DNA of 64,000 nt from Chiloscyllium plagiosum (GCF_004010195.1 NC_057720.1:21755696-21819695); one strand, 5' to 3'. Shown: positions 48,440 to 62,250, numbered from the stretch's first letter. A program made the numbers and translations. The notes: a model not told the origin generated them from the letters alone.

Positions 48440-49200
48440 TTGAAGGAAAGAACAGGTTATTGAAAGGGACTTGAGATTGAATAAGGGTGCTTTGGAGGGA
48501 ACAGCCCTGTCACAATGTTTAAAGCAAGGGAAGGTTTGGTGATATTGCGTTGGAGGTGTATGAAAGGCACAGGTTGATGACTGGGCATGGAAGTGAAAAC
48601 CAGGGAAATCCTTCCATAAATTCGAGGGGTTGGGGTGAAAACTGCAGTGCAGTAGATATTGAGTGCCCTACCATCCAAGGGAGATCAAAGTTGAGGAAAA
48701 ATGATGCCCTCCAGAATGATTTGGTATGAAAGGTTGCATCAACAAAACAGCTGCAAAAGAGATGGAGAAACTGAGAGAATGGAATGGGTTCTTTGCAGGA
48801 AGTAGAGTGTGAAGACGTATGGTCAAGGTAGCTGTGGGACACTCTAGGCTTTCATTGGGAATATTGTTAACCAGAAATGGAAACGTCAGTTGAGGAATGA
48901 TGGACATTCTTCATGTAATAGAGGTTCTAAAGGGAAATAAGGTCAATAAAAGTTTTTAGGGTTAGAATAAGAAATGGAATCCATAAAGTCATCAGCGTAC
49001 TATTTTTTTCAAAAAATGTGGTGATGGACGTGGGCCTTGAATATAACTAGGCCAAAGAATGTTGTCTACAAAAGACAGACATCACTGAACCATGTTAGTA
49101 CCAATGGCAGCTCCTTTTATTCTGAGTAAATGAATGGAGTCAAGAAGTTCTTTTACTTTAAGAAATTCAACCAACCAATAGAGGATGATGTCATTTGTTT
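48440..49200 (-). mobile_element. Old PLE RT/thumb fragment
   Basis: HSYLDHTSSHSTSCKEPIPFSQF remnant. Confidence 0.6.
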
Positions 49201-51029
49201 TTCAGACAGGGAAGCATATATTGAGATGGTGCTTGGACCAAACTCGTCTCAGAAGTTAATAATCTGCTTTGAGGTATTCCTAGCATAATTTCAAAGCTTA
49301 CAGATGACGAAAAGTGCACAAGTGAAGTAGAAAAAAAAGCAGGGATACTAAAGTGTTTCAGTGGGACATAGATTTATGAAAGGGGCATGTGGTGGATTCC
49401 GAACAGTATGAAGTTTGGTAGGACAAATGAGACACTATGAACTAGCTGATTAAAATTCTCGAAGGGGCGTAGGGTATATGAATGCAAATCTTTGAGTTGG
49501 GAGGAAACAATGAAAAGAGCCGTTGAAATGAATGGCCAGTTTACTTTAATTAAACAAATAGAATAAAATAGACTAAAAGTTGTACTAAATCTTCAGTACA
49601 TGCTGCTTGGTCTCAGTTGGAGTATTGTTACATTCTGGACACCATATTTTAAGGAAGATCTAAAGGTCTTCAAGAGGATATAGAAATGCTTGTTCAGAAT
49701 AGAACAAAGCGTTGAAGGACATGTGTTCACGGTCTGGCAAAGGTGGAGTTGAGTTCCTCAAAATGGGGAAGGTTGAGATTTAATAGAGATGTTCAAAATA
49801 ATCAGTGGTTCTGATTAAATGAGTTCCATTGACTTTTGGTGCAGAATCAAGATGATTGTTAAAAGAACTAGAAGTGTATGGAATTTTTTTATTTGAGTTG
49901 TGATCTTACTAAATTGGTGTCAGAAATAGATCGAGTACTATCTAAAAGTGAATAGAATAAAGACTTTGAAGTAAAAGAATTGCAGTGTTATGGGGGGTTG
50001 AGCAGTCGGGTAGCACTGTCAAACAGCTGGCACAGACAGGATGATCCAAATGGCTTTGAGTTGTAGCATTCTCGGTTCTGATTTTGTAGCAATTTTATGA
50101 CTGGATGCCTGCTGAATACTCCTCCAATGTTACTTCTGTTTCGTTGTCAACCAGGGGTCAAATTTTTTTTAGGGCTACTTTTCAGTTTCAAAGACGACCT
50201 ATTCATTCTCACTGAGCCACTAATGAGGTGATGATGTCATGTAGCAGTGTCTTCTGTATTAATGTGCATGTTTTGTTTTATTCACTTATGGGATGTGTGC
50301 TAAGCATTTTCCCCATCACTTGCCCAGAAAGCAGTTAAGCCAACGATGTTGCTGTCGGTTTGGCGTCGTATGTAGGCCAGACCAAACGGAGGTAGCAGCT
50401 TTCCTTACTAAAAAGCCATCGCCTGAACCACATGCGTGTTTGGTAATCAACAGTCAACATTTGAATTAAAATAACAAAGTCTCTAGTTTTTAAAATGAAT
50501 TTAAATTTCACAATCTACCATGGTGGGATTTGAACCCATGTGTGGAGTTTTGGCCTTTTGTACTGGATTATTAGTCTGGTGTTGGTACCACTGTCAAAAT
50601 TTCTTTTTGAATTTTCGCTAAAGCATAAGATAAGTGGTTAGTATGCTGAATTGTCCACTCTCCATTTGAATTTAAAGCCACAACACAAAGGAAAGATTTT
50701 GTCTCCTGGGCATCACTTAAGTTGGTACAATATAATGGATGAAAGTTAAGTCTTTTACCAGTAACTGGTATACTTCTACATTGGGCAAATCATCACAATC
50801 AAATTCCATAGAATGGTTAGAATACAGCAGAGTTGTTTCACTTGCAATGCTTAAAGCTAGAACATTTTAAAAAGGCAGTTATATTTAGTTGCTGCATTTT
50901 CCCTGTCTGTCTCATTTAAATTTAACTATTAACAATGTTCATTATTATAAAACTACATTTTTTCAAATATTTCTTAATTTATTCCAACCTAAGCTGCCAG
51001 TTAGATATTTTATTTTCAAGGAGTTAGGA

Positions 51030-51480
51030 GATGGTGAGACCTGCAGGTGCTGAAGATTGGGGTTGTGTGTCACGTTGGAAAAGCATCCAAGGAGCAGGAA
51101 TATTGACATTTAAGGCATAAGCCCTTCGTCAGGAATGAGCCTTGTGGGCCGGGGGACTGAGAGCACCTCCAATGTCACTATCCGTTTCACCTGATGTGTT
51201 CTCCTCTACTTTGGAGAGACTAGATACCAACTTGTTGATCGTTTCACAGAACACGTCTAGACACTCACTCCAACCAACCCCACCGCCCTGTGGCTGAACA
51301 CTTCAACTCCCTCTTCCACTCTGCCAAGGGCATGCAGATCCTGGGCATCCTGCATCGACAAACCCTTACTACTGACGCCTGGAGGAAGAACTCCTCATCT
51401 TCCGCCCTAGGACCCTGCAACCATGTGGGATTAATTTAGATTTCACCAGTTTCCTCATTCCCTCTCTCTTCCACCCAAAC
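51030..51480. mobile_element. PLE fragment: minus-strand terminus joined to a plus-strand GIY-YIG remnant
   Basis: 51163-51460 is a diverged copy of 59662-59975; 51030-51155 is the inverted terminal repeat. Confidence 0.7.
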
Positions 51481-52190
51481 CTACCCAGGAGACAAGCAGC
51501 CCATGGGTGGTGCCTTGCCATTTTGCTCCAAATCAATAGTGGAGTACATGTCTGTAGCTATCCATGCAAATGGCCAGTTGGTAACTTGAATGTTACTATC
51601 ATGCAGTTAGGGATCTTATAGACTTATGTCTCCTATACTTCCAGATTCTGTTTGGTTTGTCTCTGTTATCAGGCCCCTCTGCTTACCTCGTCCCCACCCC
51701 CATAATCTGTGTTCTCTGATTTTGCATCTACGTAGTATGGTGTTTAATAAAGCTTAGGAAGAGAAGTTGGAGGGTGGAATGTGCAATTGATTTGCATATT
51801 AATGATGTGGTCTCCCCTTACCAGCATATTGATGATCCTGACAGGCTGTGTTAAAACGTTCCACAATGGCCATTATCCATGGTGTGTCATAGCAAAGCAC
51901 CATTTACTCGTGATCATTTACTTAAGCAATCGCAGTCTATGCTGAAAGTAATTAATTGTGGAACATTGAAGCAATATCCTATGACATTTCAATGGGGATA
52001 CTTCATTTTGATTTTTTCACATATAACTTGTCAAAATGAAGTTTTTTTATTTTTATTGCGTAATCATAATTAAAGTTACAAAATAATTGTTAAAGATACA
52101 GTAGATTTTTGTGTCCATCTGGCCTTTGTGTTAAAGTATGTGCGTACTTCTAGTTTTTCATCTAATGAATAACCTTTTTGATCTTTACAG

Positions 52191-52386
52191 GCTCTGGATG
52201 GTCAGAATATTTATAATGCTTGCTGTACCCTCAGGATTGATTTTTCAAAATTGGTGAATTTGAATGTAAAATACAACAATGATAAAAGTCGTGATTACAC
52301 CCGTCCAGATCTTCCTTCAGGAGATGGCCAGTCATCAATGGATCCTGCCATTGCTGCAGCATTTGCAAAGGAGAGCTCCCTTCTTG
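52191..52386 (+). CDS. PTBP2: PTBP2 exon 8 (196 nt, end of RRM2)
   Basis: [46 protein letters not shown]...[16 protein letters not shown] acceptor, GTAGGA donor. Confidence 0.95.
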
Positions 52387-53349
52387 GTAGGATGCAACCT
52401 AATAATAATGTTCACTTGGATTTCCTTCAGTGTATAACTTGTCCAAGATGCATTTAAGTACAAATAACACCCTTTGAATCCCATTTTAAAGCTAGAGCTC
52501 CGTAATTTTAACTTTTTATTTCAAGTTAATCTCCAATTCACTATCACTAGTATTTGTATTAATGAAACATCTGTCCAGGATGGTTGCTTTGATAGCAAAC
52601 ACAAGTTGCTCACAGTGAGATTATAATTGGTTGGCTTATCTAGAAACGTTTTCACAACTAAAATCAAGTTGTATTTCCTATAGCAATATTAGACTTGGGT
52701 AATACAGTCTATCCATTTTACCTTGCTGATAGCATTAAATGATACCATTGCTTTTTGATGGAAATGTTACAGCTAATAAACACCTAAGAGAAAATTGTTG
52801 TCATCCCCTTCCTAAATGGATGACCCCATATTTTTAAGTTGTTAACCTAGCCTTGCAAGCGTCTGTTCTGCTAAGTCTCCTAAGGATCTTTTATATTTCT
52901 ATAAGATCACTTCTTCCTCTCTTAAACTCTAAGATAATATATATTTATGACTTGGAGGAATGTAAAAGCACTCTAGCCAAGTTTGGATGATCCAAAAGTA
53001 AATGCGAAGGCAAATGTTGATTTGTGATGCTGTGTGTAGAGGGTTATAGATTAAGCAAGTGGGCAAAAACCTGACCAATGGAATATAATGGTAAATGTGA
53101 GATTATGTACTTTAGCGGGAAGAATAGAGGAGCTGAATATTACTCAAATGGAGAAAGACTGCAGAAAGCTATGGCACAGAAGGATTTGTGAGTCCTTATG
53201 CATGAAACACCATACTTGCATCAAAGTTCAGGTAATATAAACAAAATGTCGGTTTTTATTTCAAAGGGAATGGAGTATGGAAATAGTGAGATCCTTCAAA
53301 AATTATATAGCTGGAATACTGAGCAGTTCTGATCCTTGTTTTTTCCCCA

Positions 53350-55080
53350 TTCATTCATGGGAGGTGGCCACGGTGGCCTGGTCAGTATTTATTGCCTGTC
53401 CCAAGTGTCCTTGAGGGTGGTAGTGAACCATTTCAGTCTATTTGCAGTCAGTAAGCCCACAATGCCTTTAAGGGAGGGAGTTCTAGGATTTTGATCCAGT
53501 GGCAATAAAGGAATGTTATATATTTCCATTTCAGGATAGTAAATGGCTTGAAGGGCAACTTGGAATTGGTGGTGTTCCCATGTATCTACTGATCTTGTCC
53601 TTAGATGGAAGTAGTTGTGTGTTTGGAAGGTGCTCTCTCAGGATCTTTTGAATTTTTGAAGCGCATCTTGTAGAAAGTACACACTACCACTGAGCATCAG
53701 TGGTGGACTAAGTGGATGCTTGTGATTGTGGTGCCAATCAAGCAGATTTGCTTGTCCTGGATGATGTCAAACTTGTTTGTTGGAGCTGAACGCATCTAGG
53801 CAAGTGGGGAGTATTCCATCACACTCCTATCTTCTCATCGTGGATCGAGGATAGATTCTGGGAAGCATGAAAGTGAGTTATTTGCTGAAGTACTTCATGT
53901 CACTGACATGCTATTGTTGCCTTTATTTATATGACCAATCCAGTTGAGTTTCTGGTCAGTGTTATTCCTAGGATCCCATTGAATGTCATGAGTGGTGGTT
54001 AGACTGTCTCTTATTGGCAATGATCATTGCCTGGCATTTGTGTGGGGTGAATGTTACTTGCCATTTGTCAACTCCAGTGTGGAAATTGTTCAGATCTGGT
54101 TACATTTGAATGGGGACTGCTTCAGTATTTGAGGATTCACAAATTGAGCTGAACATTGTGCGATTTCTGACCTTATGATGGAGGGAACGTCGTTGTTAAA
54201 GTGTCTGAAGATGGTTGGGTCTAGGGCACTACCTTAAGGAACTCCTGAGAAGACTGATCTCCAATAATCTCAACCATCTTCCTTTTGTGGTCGGCATGAT
54301 TCAACCATTGGAGTGTTTGCCACCAGTACCCAGTTTTGCTGGGGCTCCTTTTGATGCTACACTCCGTTGGGTGTGCCTTGATGTTGAGGGCTGTCATTCT
54401 GACTCAACCTCTGAAATCCTGTGCTTTTGTCCATGTTGAAACCAAGACTGTCATGAGGTCAAGCAGGATGCCCTGGTCGATCCCAGACTGGGTATCAGTG
54501 AGCAGGTTATTGCTCAGCGGGCGCTGCTTGATAACATTGACACATTCTGTCTCTATTGATTGATAGACTGACATTAATAATTGGCTGGATTGTCTTAGTC
54601 CGTTTTGTGTACAGGACATAACTGGAAAATCTTCCATATTATTAGATGCTAGTATTGTAACTCTGTTTAAGAACTTCACTAAGGGAGCAACAAATTCTGG
54701 AGCACATATCTTGAGTATTATCACTGGACTGTTATCAGGGTCCAAAGCCTTTGCAATATCCAATGCCACCGACCATTTCTTGATTATTGTGAATTCAATT
54801 GGCTGAAGACTGGTATCTTCAGTGGTCCCCAGCATAAGAGGAGATTGAGAGAGATCATCCACTCACACTTCTGACTGGAGATTGCAAATTTATCATGCCT
54901 TTTTTTTCCCTGTTGTGCTGGGCTCTCTCAGAGGATGGGGATACTTGTAAAGCAGCCTCCTATAGTCAGTTTAATTATCCACCATCATTCATGACTAGCA
55001 GGAGCACAGAGCTTAGATCTAGTCCATTGGTTATGGAATTGCTTAGCTCTGTCTATCACTTACTACTTATGCTATTTGGC
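53350..55080 (-). mobile_element. Old CR1/L2-clade LINE
   Basis: ALDIAKALDPDNSPVIILKICAPEFVAPL and NNLLTDTQSG RT remnants in ORF 54404-54862. Confidence 0.6.
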
Positions 55081-56849
55081 ATCTTTTTAAGGAAAGATGT
55101 GTGGTATTGGTTGCGATCCTGTCTCTGTTCAATGGGTTGATCCTTGGGATGGAAGGACCTCATATGAGGAGAGGTTGAATAGGTTGGGCCTGTGTTTGAA
55201 ATTTAGAAGAATGAGAATGACCTTTTAAATCATAAGACTGTGTGGGGGATTTGACATGGAAAACCTATTTCTTCTCGTGGGAGAAGCTAGGAACTGAGGG
55301 GATGTTCTTAATAACTGCTGGTCTACTAAGGATAGGGAAGAAATGCGATTCCACTTCCCATGGTTAAATTTTTAAAAATATCAGATCCAATATCCTTCTG
55401 TACTAAAGTGTTTTGCAGTAGTCATTCAAATATGTTGCTTTTCTAGTCTCCCAGTCGAAATGAACAATTCATATTGTCTGTCTTTTATATTCAGTCTGGC
55501 AATTATTTTATCCATGCCCTTAACCTGTTTGTATCCTGTTGCAGACTTGCTTTTGTCCTTTTCATGTAATAATCACCTGCCTGTCTTTTATGTGGTTACA
55601 TCAAAGTTTACAAAAAACCCTTTCATTCGTTGATATCATTGTAAATAGCCCCAGCATTGATCCCTGTGCCAGTCAACATTGTCAGTGGAAAAATAACCCA
55701 TTTGTAGGCAACCAGTTCGGTAACTGTTCTTTTGTTTCTCCCCTGCACCCCCCACCTTCCAACTCTCTTCACCCCCTTAAACTAAAGCTAATTTTTTTTG
55801 TGTAACATTTGATGTGCCTCCTTGTCAAGTCCCTCTGAAAATCTAATTACACCACATCTACAAGATCCCTCTTTTATTTTGCTGTTACTTCCTCAGAGTT
55901 CTAATATATAAGGGAGGGCAAGTGACTGAGGTGTTAGTGAGGGACTGCTTTGGGACCAGTGACCATAATTCTATTAGTTTTACAGTAATTGAGAAAGGAT
56001 AGGCCAGGTCCACAACTTGAATTCTAAATTGGGGCAAAGCCAATATTTATGTTATTAGTCAAACTTTTTTAAAAGTTGATTTGTGGCAGGTTGTTCACAA
56101 GTAAAGGGACATCTGTCTTTCAAAAGACAGATAAGAGTTCAAGGATAACATGTTCCTGTTGGTGTGAAGGACAAGGCTGAAAGGAGTAGGGAACATTTTA
56201 GATGTCTAGAGATATTGAGGCACTGGTCAAAAAAGAGAGATGTCGGGTATAGACCGCTGAGACCAAGTGAATCTCTCGGAATTTTGGAGGTGTAGGAGTA
56301 CATTTTGAAGAGGGAGATCAGATGGTCTAAAAGGGGACCCAGAATCCAGAGATATTCTAAAAATGTTTTTTTTTTTAAAGGGCAAAAGCATAACTAGGGA
56401 GAGAATAGAGTGCCTTAATGATCAACTAGGCAACCATTACACAACTGAAGGTGCTGGCGCTTTTTAAACACTGATTAAATGCCTGGGACAAGATCAAGTG
56501 TATCGCAGCACATTGAGAAGCTAGGGGAGAAATTACCGGACCCCTGGCAGAGATATTTGTATCATTGAAAGCCATCGTGGGGTATCAGAAGACTGAAATG
56601 TGGCTAATTTATGCCATTGTTTTTAAGAAAGGCTGCAAGGAAAAGCCAGGGAATGACACACTGGTGACTACAGTGTCAGTGGTGGGTAAGTTGTTGGAAG
56701 AGATTCTAGCATTTGGAAAAGCAAGGACTGATTAGGGAAGATCAGCATGACTTTGTTGTGGTAAATTGTTTCTGAAAATTGAGGGTTTTTTTAAAGAGGT
56801 AACCAAGGAGATAAAGGCAGAATGGTAGACATCTACATGGACTTAAGAA

Positions 56850-59586
56850 CAAAAAAAACCATTTACCACACAGGTACAGGCACCCACAACCGTCTGCATA
56901 AAGAGTTTTCCACACACATCTCACTTAACTTTCCCCTCTCTCCTTGAACTCATGACCACTTGTCATTGAGTCCCCATTCTGGAGCGGGGGAAAAGATGCT
57001 TGCTATTCATCCTGCCTATACCTATCATGATTTTGTAGGCCTCAATCAGGTCACCCTTCAACCTCTATCTTTCTAATGAGAGTAATCCTGATCTATTCAA
57101 CCTCTCTTCATAACTAGTGCCCTCCATACCAGGCAATGTCCTGGTGAACCTTCTGTGTCCTCTCCAAAGCATCCACATCCTTTTGGTAATGTGGCAACCA
57201 GAACTATATGCAATATTCCAAACATGGTCAAACCAAAGCCCTGTACAATTGTAGACCTGCCAACTCTTGAACTCAATACACTGTCCAATGAAGGAAAACA
57301 TGCCATATGCCTTGACTACTATTAACCTGCATTGCCACTTTCAGGGTACAGTGGACCTGAACACCCAGATCTCTTTGTACATCAATTTTCCCCAGGGCTT
57401 TTCCATTTACTGTAAAGCTTGCTCTTGAATTGAATCTTTCAAAATGCATCACCTTGCATCTGCCCAGATTGAACTCCATCTACCATTTCTCATTCGACAC
57501 TCCAATCAATTTATATTCTTCTTTATTCTCTGACAGTCCCCTTCACTAAGATTGGTGAAGTTGCAGATTGTGTCATCTGCAAACTTGCTAATTAGACCAC
57601 CTGGACCTTCAGATAATTTATGTATATCACAAACAACAGTGGTCTAAGCACTGATCCCTGTGGAACACCACTGGTCACAATTCTCCATTTTGGAAAAACT
57701 CCTTTCCACTACTACTGTCTTCTGCTGCCCAGTTAGTTCTGTCCATCTAGCTAGTACACCCTGGACCCCCTGCGACTTCACTTTCTCAATCAGCCTATCA
57801 TGGGGAATCTTATCAAACGCTTTACTGAAGTCCATGTATATGACATCTACAGCCCTTCCCTCATCAATCAACTTTGTCACTTCCTCAAAGAATTCTATTA
57901 AGTTGTTCAGGCGTGACCTTCCCTGCACAAAACCATGATGCTTTTAACTGATAAGCCCATTTTCTTCCAAATGGCAATAGATCCTATCCCTCAATATCTT
58001 CTCCAGCAGTTTCACTGCTGCTGACTTCAGGCTCACTTGTGTAATTACCTGGATTATCCCTGCTACCCTCCTTAAACAAGGGGGCAATGTTAGCAATTCT
58101 CCAGTTCTCTTGCACCTCTGCTGTGTTCAAGGATGCTGCACAGATATCCGTTAAGGTCCCAGCTATTTCTTCTCTTGCTTCCCTCAATAACCTGGCATAG
58201 ATCCCATCCGGACCAGGGGACTTGTCCACCTTAATGCCTTTTAGCATACCTAATGCTTCCTCCCTCATTATGCTGACTTGACCTAGAGTAATCAAACATT
58301 TATCCCTAACCTCAACATCCATGTCCCCTCCTTGGTGAATACTGATGCAAAATACTCATTAAGAATCTCACCCATTTTCTGACTCCATAACTTCCCTTCT
58401 TTGTCCTTGAGTGGGCCAACCCTTTAGTTACTCTCTTGCTCCTTATACATGAATAAAAGGCTTTGGGATTTCTCTTAACCCTGTTTGCTAAAGATATTTC
58501 ATGGCCTCTTTTTAGCCCTCTTAATTCCTCGTTTCAGATTGGTCCTATATTCCTGATATTCTTACAAAGCTTTGTCTGTCTTTGGTCGCCGAGACCTTGC
58601 GTATGTTTCCATTTTCATCTTAGCTGGTCTCTCAATTTCACCTGTCATTCATGGTTCCCTAATCTTGCCATACCTATCCATTGTTTTCACAGGGACACAT
58701 CTGTCCAGCATTGTAATCAACCTCTCTTTAAAAGCCTTCCGAACATGAAATGTGGATTTACATTCAGATAGCTGCTCCCAATCCACGTTTCCCAGCTCTT
58801 GCCAAATTTTGGCAAAGTTGGCTGCTTTTCTTCTCTTCTTTCTCCCCCCCCCCCCCCCCCCCCAAATTTAGCACTTTTCCTTTAGGACCAGTCTCATCTT
58901 TGTCCATGAGTATTCTAAGACTTACAGAATTGTGATCATTGTTCCCAAAACCATTCCCTACTGAAATTTCAACCACCTGGCTGGCCCCTTCCCGATTTGG
59001 ATTATTTACGTATTGCTCTATAAAACACTCCTGGATGCTCCTACAAATTCTGCTCCATCTTGACCTCAAACACTAAATGAATCATGGTCAATGTTGAAAA
59101 TTAAAATCTCCTATCACCACCACCCTGTTGGTCCTACATCTTTCTATAATCTGTTTACATGTTTGTACTTCTACCTCACGCTCGCTGTTGCTAAGCCTGA
59201 AGTACAGCCCCAATGTTGTTACTGCGCCCATATTGCCTCACAGCTAGAGTCCTCCATAGTGCCCTCCTTTAGCACAGCTGTGATATCCTCTGACCAGTAA
59301 CGCAACCCCCCCCCCCCCAAACCACCACCTCCCTCTATCCCACCTAAAATATTGATATCCTGGGATATTTATTTGCCAATCACTCCCTTCCCTCAACCAA
59401 GTCTCAGTAATAGCGTCATACTGCCAGGTACTAATCCAAGCCCCAAGTTCATCTGCCTTACCTACTATACTACTTGTGTTTAAACAATTGCACCTCAGAC
59501 TACCAGTCCGTTTGTGCTCTTCGTCTGCTCCCTGCCTACTCAGACCCCTAGCGTGACTATGGGGAAGCTTTAGTTCCTTACAGGCT
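56850..59586 (-). mobile_element. Near full-length CR1 ORF2 (APE + RT), decayed
   Basis: CLNTSSIVGKADEL..AITETWL (APE), KSPGPDGIY..WRIANIAPLFK, VIYMDFSKAFDKIPH. Confidence 0.88.
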
Positions 59587-59598
59587 TTAGTTACTACC

Positions 59599-60334
59599 AC
59601 ACCACCTCCCTCACTTCTATCCAAGGCCCTAAAGGAGCCTTCCACATCCATCAAAGTTTTACTTGCACATCCACTAATATCATTTATTGTATCCGTTGCT
59701 CCCGATGCGGTCTCCTCTACATTGGGGAGACTGGGCGCCTCCTAGCAGAGCGCTTTAGGGAACACCTCCGAGACACCCGCACCAATCAACCACACCGCCC
59801 CGTGGCCCAACATTTCAACTTCCTCTCCCACTCTGCCGGGGACATGGAGGTCCTGGGCCTCCTTCACCACCCCTCCCTCACCACCAGACACCTGGAGGAA
59901 GAACGCCTCATCTTCTGCCTCGGAACACTTCAACCCCAGGGCATCAATGTGGACTTCAACAGCTTCCTCATTTCCCCTTCCCCCACCTCATCCTAGTTTC
60001 AAACTTCCAGCCCGCACTGTCCCCTTGACCTGTCCGGACTTGTCCGACCTGCCTATCTCCTTTTCCACCTATCCACTCCACCCTCTCCTCCCTGACCTAT
60101 CACCTTCATCCCCTCCCCCACACACCTATTGTACTCTATGCTACTTTCTCCCCACCCCCACCCTCCTCTAGTTTATCTCTCCACGCTTCAGGCTTTCTGC
60201 CTTTATTCCTGATGAAGGGCTTTTGCCCGAAATGTCGATTTTGCTGCTTGTCGGATGCTGCCTGAATTGCTGTGCTCTTCCAGCACCACTGATCCAGAAT
60301 CTGGTTTCCAGCATCTGCAGTCATTGTTTTTACC
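59599..60334 (+). mobile_element. Young 5'-truncated Penelope-like (Neptune-type) element with open GIY-YIG domain and terminal repeat
   Basis: FTCTSTNIIYCIRCSRCGLLYIGETGR..ERFREH..VAQHF..EERLIF.LGTLQPQGIN; 12-bp TSD TTAGTTACTACC at 59587-59598 and 60335-60346. Confidence 0.88.
60205..60240 (+). ncRNA. Minimal hammerhead ribozyme motif in the PLE terminal repeat
   Basis: AUUC-CUGAUGA-A-GGGC-UUUU-GCCC-GAAA-U-GUC-GAUU: canonical core, perfect 4-bp stem II, GUC triplet. Confidence 0.7.
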
Positions 60335-61978
60335 TTAGTTACTACCTCCTTACTGTCCACTAACCTTATTAAGCCCTTTAACAAGATTCTGCATGTTAGA
60401 CTGGTTAGTAACATTTGATCACATGAAATTCAGGAAGAGCGAGCCAATTGGATACAAAATTGGCTTGAAGGTATGAGACAGGATAGCTTAGGTTGTTCAG
60501 CCTGGAGGCCTGTGATCAGCGGTGTTCTGGATCCACTGTTCACCATTTATATAAAACTATTTGGATGAGAATGAGGCATGATCAGTAAGTTTGTGGATGG
60601 CAACAATATTGGTGGAATAGTGGACAGTGAAGAAGGTTACCTCTGAATACAATCTTAATCAACTGGGCTGAGGAATGGCAAATGGAGTTTCATTGAGGTA
60701 AATGCAAAGTGTTACATTTTGCTAAGACAAACCAGAGCAGTGCTTGCACAGTTAATGGTAGAGCCCTGGGCTGTATGGAACAATGAGACTTGGGGGTGCA
60801 GGTACATAGTTCCTTGAAAGTAGTGTCACAGGTACAGAAGGTGGTGTTTGTCATGCTTGCCTTCATTGGTCAGAGCATAGAGTACAGAAGTTTGGATGTT
60901 ATGTTATAGCTTGTACAGCACATTAGTAAGGCCACATTTGAGTGCAGCATACAGTTTTAGATGCTTTGCTATAGAAGGGATGTTATTAAACTGAAAAGGG
61001 TGTCAAAAGATTTACAGGGATATTACCAAGGCTGGAGAGTGTAAGGAGAAGCTGCGTAGGTATTTGTTTTTTCTCTGGAGTGTAGGTGGTTGAGGGGTGA
61101 CCTTTATAGAATCACAAGCAACATAGATAAGGTGAATGGCCAAGGTCTCATCCTCCGTGTAGGGGATTCCAAAATTAGAGGGCATAGGTTTAAGGTGAGC
61201 GGGGAAAGATTTTTAAAATGGACGTGACGGGCAACTTTTTCTCTCTGGGTGGTGCGTACATGGAACAATCTGCCAGAAGAATTAGTAGAGGCAAGTACAC
61301 TTACAACGTCTGAGACACTTGGACAGATATGTCAATAGGAAAGGTTTAAGAGGGATATAGGGTGAACACATGCAAATGACACTAGTTTTGTTTAGGAAGC
61401 CTGGTTGGCATGGACAAGTTGGGCCAAAAGATGTGTTTTCATGCTGGATGACTCAATCGGTCAAAGCACAATTTTCCTTTCATACAGCCATTTGACTGTA
61501 TTGACACTTCTTTCTTGTCCTGCTATACAATTCTTAATAATTGAATGAACATGCAAAACAAGTGCAGAACATGTTGTTCAGTCCCTTTTGGCCTCCCCTG
61601 TTATATAATTCTTCTCATCTCCTCTGCTATTTGATAAGATCATGGCTGATCTGTTTCAAATTCCAAATTCCTATTTAATCCTGATATCTACAGTCCCCAA
61701 GTAATGGACTTGCCAACAAGAAGAACTATCCCTTGTGCATCTACCTTGTCAAGACCGTTGAGGATCTTGCATAATGAAATTCCCCCTTGCTCTTAAACTT
61801 CAGTGGAAACAAGCCTGGGCTGCACAGCCTATCCTCGTAACACACTCCATTCATTCCAGTTATCAGTCTGGTAAACCTCTGAAAGACCTCCAATCCATTT
61901 GCATCCATTCTTTAGACCAAAACTGCACACATTGGGGATGTGATCTCACCTATACTCTAAATGAAATATAATACCCAT

Positions 61979-62250
61979 TGGGGCAGCACGGTGGCTAGCA
62001 CTGCTGCCTCACAGCTTCGGGGACCTGTGTTCGATTCCTGCCTCGGGTGACTGTGGAGTTTGCACATTCCCGCTGTGTCTGTAGGTTTCCTTTCCACAAT
62101 CTAAAGATATGCAGGTGAGGTGAATTGACCATGTTAAATTGCCCATTGTGTTAGTGCATTAGTCAGAGGGAAATGGGGCTGAGTGGGTTACTCTTCGGAA
62201 GATCGGTGTGGACTTGTTCTTTCCACACTGTTGCTAATCTAATATAATCT
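61979..62250 (+). mobile_element. HE1-like SINE
   Basis: GGGCAGCACGGTGGCTAGCACTGCTGCCTCACAGC..GTTCGATTCC head; AATCTAAT tail. Confidence 0.75.

Larger units (their letters stand above)
55910..61460 (+). mobile_element. CR1 LINE split by nested insertions (55910-56845 and about 60365-61460)
   Basis: RT motif ...DIYMDL breaks at about 56845 and resumes with K.FNKI at about 60372; 3' tail near 61450. Confidence 0.62.

Noticed and set aside
11845..60334. Recurring GGAAAAGCACAGCAGGTCAGGCAGCATC block as a possible CRISPR-like array
   Set aside because: Dispersed, in both orientations and with no regular spacers; these are PLE terminal repeats in eukaryotic DNA.
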